From contig OZ281494.1 in the NCBI GenBank assembly GCA_965637545.1, forward strand, positions 6,200,001 to 6,264,000: a stretch of DNA of 64,000 nt, read 5' to 3'. This stretch comes from Phallusia mammillata (lineage: Eukaryota). Numbering within the stretch: position 1 is the first letter of the stretch; each line of letters starts with the position of its first letter. The position numbers and the translations under genes were made by a program. This document shows positions 57,501 through 64,000 of this stretch, one piece after another. Below the pieces are notes generated by a model that did no database searches, was not told the origin of the DNA, and saw only the letters and a program-made list of their open reading frames with translations.

Positions 57501-60500
57501 AACTTACAGTTTCTGCCTCTCGAAGTTGAGTGCTTAGTTTTTCCTTCTCGTGGCGAAGATCTCTTAAATCCTGATTCAACTTCTTTGATTCCTCCTCGTG
57601 GTGATTTTGAAGTTGGGAATAACTCTCTTCCTGAGCTGATAATCTCTTCATGGAAGAAGAAAAAGGTGCATTACAAACCTATGCAACTATCTGGCTATTT
57701 TCCACATTTGCTAGTGAAATTGGTTGCAGAAAAAAAAAGAAGTTAAAATTTCTAAATCGTTTGTTGATGAAAAAACAATTGGGGAAATGTTAAATTGTTT
57801 TCAAAAAATCATGAGATGCAACATTAAGCAATCTACAATACAGTATCAAATGTTGCTAACTAAAAACATTCTTTTATAACCAATAACACTGTTAAACTGT
57901 GGCTTTACGGAAAGTACAGAAAACGGACAAAATGGTTTACTTACGGTCGCAAAGTCATCGCGTTCACGTGAAGTTTGATTCTTTTGTGTCTCTAGGAGCG
58001 CCATCTGCTGAACGTCCATGTTGTGTGTGCTCTCCAAATATTTTACCCGCTCTGAAAGTTCCTCCGCACGAGGACGCAAAAGGCTAAGCTCGGCACTCAG
58101 TTTTGCGCATTCCTAAACAAGAAAAGTTCAAAAAGTTTTACACCTTTATATTTGTGCCCGAAAATGTATACATTTGTGTTGCTTTCTTGTTTGAGTGTAA
58201 ACAAAGTATCAATGATCTGACTTTCAATTGCCTTTCTTAGCATTATATCATGCAGCAGTTGAAGCAAAAATTGGACAAATAAGCTTATAAGTCTTTTTCC
58301 TTGTAAACCCGGTCAGAAAGCGGAATATATATTAAACAATATATCGAAATACTAAGACATCATAACCCTATATGTTTAGTTACTGGTTATATCACTGAAG
58401 ATGTCATGAGCGTTTTCAATAACGTTTTAGAATAAGCGATTGGCTTTTTACGCCTTATTGAGTCGCACATTCCAAGAATACTGGTAAACTTATCAATTTT
58501 TCAACAATGTTACAGATGGCAAAACCTTTTAAAACAACCAACCTTTTTCAAAACTTTCGCGTCTTCCATATGAATGTTATTTTCTTCACAACTTCTCGAA
58601 AAATCTAATCTAATCTTTGCCAACTCCCCATGTAACTCTGTCATTTCGTCTTCGCACGCCACCTTCGCCTGTGTGACGCAATAATGACGTAAATTACTTT
58701 GCCTGTGTAACGCAATAATGACGTAAATTAATTGCTATTTCACGTAATAATTTGTTTTTGCTTTCACGCCACATTTATTTTACCTTCATTGTTAAATTGT
58801 TTTTTGGTAAGTTTATGACTTTAGCACATTCTTTAAAGTTACCCTTTTGAGGTCTTGGTTGATTTCTTTGATTGAGTGAACAGTTTTCTCCAATTCCGAG
58901 TTGTACTTAAGCGCCCTCTCGCGGTCTTGTTGCATCTCGCTGTAACTTCGACGAAGCTCGTTCAAATCTTTTCCCTGTTTTGACAACCTATCCCGGCAAA
59001 TGTCCAATTCCTGTGACAGATAGAAAAGATAAATGTCGCTTTTGTTCGTCATAATTTTGTTTGCATTTACCTCTTTGCAGCTTCCCAGGTCGTTGGTATT
59101 TCGGTCGTATCTTTCAGAAATATCTTGCAAATCGTGCTGACATCTGCTTAACCTTTGACCCAGATCTGTGTTCCGGTTCACCAAAGCCTAAACACAGTAC
59201 ATTAAGTTGGAATTGACCACAGGATGCGCAGCAAAACGTGAAGCCCAGAAACGGGGCGTTAATAAAATTCGAACCAAGAAATATTTGGGAATGAATTTTA
59301 CAAGCAAGCTACGTTTTTTTTAAATCACCCGTTTAACTGACTTTGAGTATTTGTTTTCTCAAACGATACAAAAATGAGCTAAAATAGCTATTGTATAATC
59401 AAACTTTTTTGTTTAGTTTGTTTCTGAAAGCAACACGAGTTGATTTTCGAGGACTGCTTTTAGTAAAAACTACATTAAGAGTTCACCTGCTGCGACTTCT
59501 GCTGTTTCTCAATCTCAGCAAACGCGTGGTTCTTCTCCTTCTCCAGGAGTTCGCATTTCTGTTTGCAAACATTCAATCTTTCTTTGGTGACATCCAAGTC
59601 TTTGCTCGTTGTGGCCTGAAGCTAAAATGTTAAAAAGCATTTTATCGATACTTTGTTTAATATTTTTTACAAATAGCGACCACATTTTTTTTCACAATTT
59701 TTGCTATTTAAGTTGTTTTCCGGAAATTCTATTTTGGTGCAGAACTGTGTTTTCAAATATTCGCAAAGTGCCAAGACAGACCTCTAACGTTCCCTTGTTC
59801 TCGCTTTTCAAATCGTTGATTGTTTTGTGAAGGTGCTCCAACGTCACGTGATGTTGTTCCTTGTCCGCCAATAGGAGATCGAGTTGGCAACGGAGGCGAT
59901 TGCTGTCACGTGATCCCTCTTCTAGCCTGTTGTCAGTCGAAATAAATGTAAAGTTACAGATAAAACAAATGAAAATCAAAAAACCTAAAACTATGAGAAC
60001 AAACAGACTTGCAAACAACATAACGTGAAAAAACACACAATAGTTAACGATGATTTTGCCCAAGGCAGATACGATTTGTCTTGTCGTAGCATTATGTCAT
60101 GTGTTTGAAGTGCACAATAATTTTTATTTTTTAAACCATTTTTTTATAATTTGTTCAACATTTTTGTCATTGAATTTGTTTATCTTTTGTGTCAAAACAT
60201 ATAAACTGTGCATGACATATTACATAACCGTGAGTCACCAGAATATCAGTTTGTGCGATAGAGACACAATAGACCGTAATTTATTTGAACAAAACACTAA
60301 AAACGCCTGTAACTAGTTTACTTATCGTTTCTCACGAACGTACTGAACTTTCTAAAGTGACACTTACTTTCTTCTGAGCGTCTCTCGCTCTTCCGCTCCT
60401 TGTCTGGATCTCGTCATGAAATCTTCTCTTTCTTTCTCCAGGAATCGGGTCTTCGTCTCAAGCTCCTGTTGAACTTGCTGAAGGAGGCGGATTGTTGCTC

Positions 60501-62197
60501 GACATTCACTTGAATCCATCTCTCCCTCCCGGAGCCTCTCGTTCTGCATCTTCACGAAGAGAAAACGCACACAATTTAACTCTTAAAAGGCAGGGAAACA
60601 TTTTAATTTATTACATCCTAATATGTTAGCCATAAAGATTTATCATTAAGCAAATGCATAATTAGGATTAGACCATCCAACGCTTAGATTCAAACCGGCA
60701 GAAGCCACCAAGACACAACCAAACTGGGCCAAATAAGAATACAGTGGTCAAAAAATGAAAACAAATTTTCCTTATTTAGCGTATTAAAGTTTTGTTTTTA
60801 AATTTGAGGATAAATTCTCACTTCCATTGTCTTTTGTGCATCAGCCAACTTCCGGAGTAAAATTTCTCGTCTTGATTCACTGTCATCCAGAGCATCCTGG
60901 TAGTTGTCTCTCTCGATTTCAACAAGGCGAGGGGGAGTCCAATTCACTGGCGAACTGGATAAATTACAACAATAATGTAACTTTTCGAAAGCTAACTCTT
61001 CCATTCAAACAGTAAAAAATGCCCGCATCGAAATGTCAAGCTAAAAGATTTCCATTAGAACTGGCAACTTAGCGAGTTTGTTATAAACCAGTCAGCAATC
61101 TTGTAAGTCAACTTGTCAAAACCGTTCCAACAATAAAATAATTTTTTTTAAACCTTCTAATGGGTGAAGGGGATCGGGATTTAATCGGCGACGGTGATCT
61201 ACGCGTTCTGATTGGTCGAAAACTGCCCTGCTCAGCTGACCGTGACCACTTGTCTTGCTGCAAACAAAAACGTAACAACAATTTTAAAAAATTACAAACT
61301 TTCCTATTTACACATACAAATAATAATATCTTAGTCCCACAACAGAGTAACTACTTGGCAAAATGTCTCGTTATGGACAAGAAATCTTGAACCGAAATTG
61401 AACATGCTTGAAAAATGATTACTTTTTTAATTTCTTACTTTTAAGTACGACTGCTTTCTGTAAGTTTCGTCAAGGACCTGCATCGCTCTTCTAACTGCAG
61501 CTGATGGCGTAGAGGTACGACCACGTGTTGGGGCTAAAGAATCCCTGAAGAAAACGTACAAAATATGTTTACTGAATAGAACAAGAAACTTACATTTTTG
61601 AAGCACGAGAACTCCAAGAACAACGCTCAAAAGCCAAAGAGATAAATTTCTCTCTTTTTAATGTCTTACCTTGTGTCGTTTAAATCATCCATATCAAGGT
61701 AGGAATCATAATTGACCCTCGCTCTTGAGCCCCCTCTAGTGGGTTGATACTCTTTGATCGAATAATCCATACCTGGAACGAGGTGCAATGTAAACTGGGA
61801 CCGCATTCTTGTAAAGTTTACGAATAAGGATGATGGCCTGGGTACAATTTTGTGGTGCTGGTTTCGCACAAGGGACAAAATGCAGCTTTTCCAATATCAG
61901 TCTATCTGATCTGAACGTGCCATGATGTTTATTGACGATGGTCAAGTTGGTAAAATCGATCTAGATTCACTCGATCAATTCCAAACATACGACTTAGATT
62001 CGTGGTAGACACGTAACTACTAGTTAAATCATTTGACTCAATCGTTAAGTCTTACAAAGTTGGCTTAGTTACATAATCTTGATAAACTGATACTTGAAAA
62101 ATACCAAAAGAGCAAAAAAGCTGTAATTTAAGTACTTACATTTGTCTACTCTTGGACTAACAATTCTAGTCTTTTCAACTTTAGTGTAAATTTCCAT
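48545..62197 (-). CDS. ~1520-aa long coiled-coil protein with Ser/Pro/Arg-rich disordered ends (centrosomal/scaffold-type; family not recognised)
   Basis: 30 phase-consistent exons: 62197-62140, 61772-61670, 61544-61439, 61257-61154, 60954-60822, 60549-60368, 59926-59782, 59621-59487, 59187-59071, 59010-58843, 58668-58543, 58112-57945, 57645-57508, 57072-56869, 56521-56387, 56275-56120, 56052-55975, 55583-55394, 55123-54893, 54534-54356, 54294-54198, 54017-53891, 53589-53443, 52801-52633, 52344-52255, 52162-52017, 51436-51275, 50820-50434, 49411-49307, 48830-48545. Heptad E/K/Q/L-rich composition throughout the middle. First exon and the 54893/54534 junction are the least certain. Confidence 0.85.
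49441..49565 (+). mobile_element. Young tRNA-derived SINE/retrocopy
   Basis: A-box TGGCCGAATGG (49452-49462), B-box GGTTCGAACCC (49529-49539), 22-A run (49547-49568), 14-bp TSD AAATAGTTTGGTTT (49427-49440 and 49566-49579). Confidence 0.88.
49619..50086. mobile_element. hAT MITE (468 bp)
   Basis: TIR CAGGGCTACTCAAACT / AGTTTGAGAAGCCCTG (1 mismatch); TSD CTCTAGAA / CTCCAGAA (1 mismatch); GCGACCC subterminal repeats. Confidence 0.88.
50871..50945. mobile_element. Solo left end of a Charlie-like hAT MITE
   Basis: CAGTGGTTCTCAACC TIR; no right end seen. Confidence 0.5.
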
Positions 62198-62870
62198 TTT
62201 AAATCAAATTCAATTATTCAGGGACCTGCTTTTCGACTAAACAGTTTTATAACGCAGTGGCCGCGGCAATGTCTGCATATCTAAGCTTCCTACACTGCGA
62301 AACACAATCTGTAAGTTTCGCTTTAAGCTTGATACAGTAACAAACACTAATGTACTCAGGTTAAGCAGATCAGTTACCCTTGTTACGTCATAATGCAACC
62401 GCAGAAAACATGTCAATTACTCTGCTGTATACTACGAACTGCAAATTTGGGTTTAAATTACAACAAAATCGAAGACAACGAATTCCACACATCGCGTGTT
62501 TAGTGAAGGGAAAAAAGTCGCGCTGCACCGTCATAAACAGCCATTGTTTCGTCATCAATGGGTGACAATAGTAACAGTTATAAGTGGCGTGGTTGAGGCC
62601 ATTCAGTGATAAATACTGGAGGTCGGCACTCATCGCTACTTTCAACAACGCGACGACAAAAGAAAATAATTATCGACGCTCTAGACCCGCCAGAAGTCAA
62701 AATCTCGCTTTTGCGGTCTCTCGCCTCAGTGACGTCATACTTGTTGTGGTTTGTGTTTCATGAATTCTTGCAAAACTAAAATTAATTAAATTGACTCCAA
62801 CCTAATATCCACATACATAAATGTGTTCACCCCGTTCGGGTTTCATAGCTGATTGGACGATAACTGGCCC

Positions 62871-63011
62871 TCACGACTTCCTCGTTAACTTTTTGTTGAA
62901 GATATCCTGTTTCTGCACACCTGATTTTGCCTTATAATATACGTCTTGTTTGATACCACTTCGAGCTTTGCATTCTAGCCATTTTACTTGATCTTTATCT
63001 GTTGCACCAAA
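62871..63011 (-). CDS. Possible terminal exon of an upstream minus-strand gene
   Basis: Acceptor ttgttttgcag followed by the open frame FGATDKDQVKWLECKARSGIKQDVYYKAKSGVQKQDIFNKKLTRKS*; upstream exons not resolved. Confidence 0.3.
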   Translation of the reverse strand, partial: FGATDKDQVKWLECKARSGIKQDVYYKAKSGVQKQDIFNKKLTRKS

Positions 63012-64000
63012 CTGCAAAACAATGTTGCGCAAAAAACTGATTTAAACCGTTTAATTGCTTGATGTCTTGACTCAGCTATGGACAAGACGTTTCCAAAACT
63101 AAATCTTTCTTGAGGCATTTGTACCCAATATGCTCATTATTATTGCTCGCAAGTCCAGGGTTTTTAATTGTCGTCTCACAAACCCTTAGCGAAATGCAAT
63201 AGACTTACCGTTTACAATCAGTTCCAAAGCTTTTCCAGATCTAGAGTATTCCGATACAAGATAATATCATTGTGTCAAGAAAATGTCGTAACAATGACAA
63301 AACAAAACATATGCTGCAAAAAAATTAGGAAATCTAAGATAACAAGCTTAGAGAAAACTTAACTAGAATATTGCTAACTATGACAAACACAGCTTCTATG
63401 CAAGTAATTAAAACATGAGCAAACCAAAAGTTTTTTTCCTTGTAAGAGAATAAGTCATTAAAATCTGGCTTCGGTTTACTGCACTAAGTTCGTTCGGTAC
63501 ATCTATTTCGGACGCGAACAGCTTCTCACATCAACTTTTGAAAAGAATACTAAAACACGACAATTAAAATCCAACAAAATTCAATAAAACAGAAAATACA
63601 CGTTTAAATATAACGGTCGCGCGTTAAGGTATTCCACTAAGCAGTAGGTAATCTACTATGAAAGTAATTGTATCTGATTCAATACTAATCACTGCTCGTG
63701 GTAAAGAATAGAAAAGTGTTGAGTTACCAGGCATGTCTGGTCAACACGACTAACTCGTGGGTTAAACTCACAACGGTCCAGGGTAATTGCTTGCACTTAT
63801 GCATGGGTGCGTGTGAGACGATGTATTGTGGTGTAAATGAGAGAATGATTGATCCGGATCAGACTAGTATTATCTTGTTTTGGATTCCTGCATAAAATAT
63901 ATCACTTAACAAGATAAAATTGCGTGAATTGTGAGTCATATTGCTGATATGGCCAAAAATGTAAGAAAACGTTATTTAATGCACATTCTTTTCACTTATA

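Noticed and set aside
240-63895. Most 60-120 aa ORFs in the supplied track
   Set aside because: They are antisense or off-frame shadows of real exons (e.g. 3162-3506, 35495-35755, 35643-36086, 45852-46112, 50451-50729, 54868-55227), or chance ORFs in AT-rich introns and repeats.

Overview
AT-rich animal genomic DNA with many short GT-AG introns (down to about 50-60 nt), dense small transposons and a patchy CpG landscape. This fits an invertebrate chordate such as an ascidian, but that is inference only. All gene models were spliced by hand from splice-site and reading-frame consistency. Genes in order: (1) 3' part of a ZGRF1-like SF1 helicase whose ATPase motifs are degenerate (+); (2) a 6-exon trypsin (+); (3) a possible small membrane protein and (4) an orphan 3-exon gene (both +, low confidence); (5) a 25-exon, ~1078-aa CH-CH / coiled-coil / unknown domain / ankyrin gene (+); (6) a minus-strand cluster of two TPR paralogs, a decayed third copy and a non-RD RIPK-like kinase; (7) a 2-exon, 60-aa secreted peptide gene missed by the ORF track, lying inside a duplicated repeat block; (8) a 30-exon, ~1520-aa coiled-coil gene (-). 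Mobile DNA: six hAT-type MITEs with 8-bp TSDs, a Helentron/DINE-like element, Tc1/mariner/pogo-type MITEs, a young tRNA-derived SINE, and a minimal hammerhead ribozyme inside a perfect 65-bp inverted repeat. The best leads are the hammerhead palindrome, the secreted peptide gene, the putative pseudo-helicase, the kinase-TM-TPR cluster and the CH/ankyrin protein with its unusual central domain.
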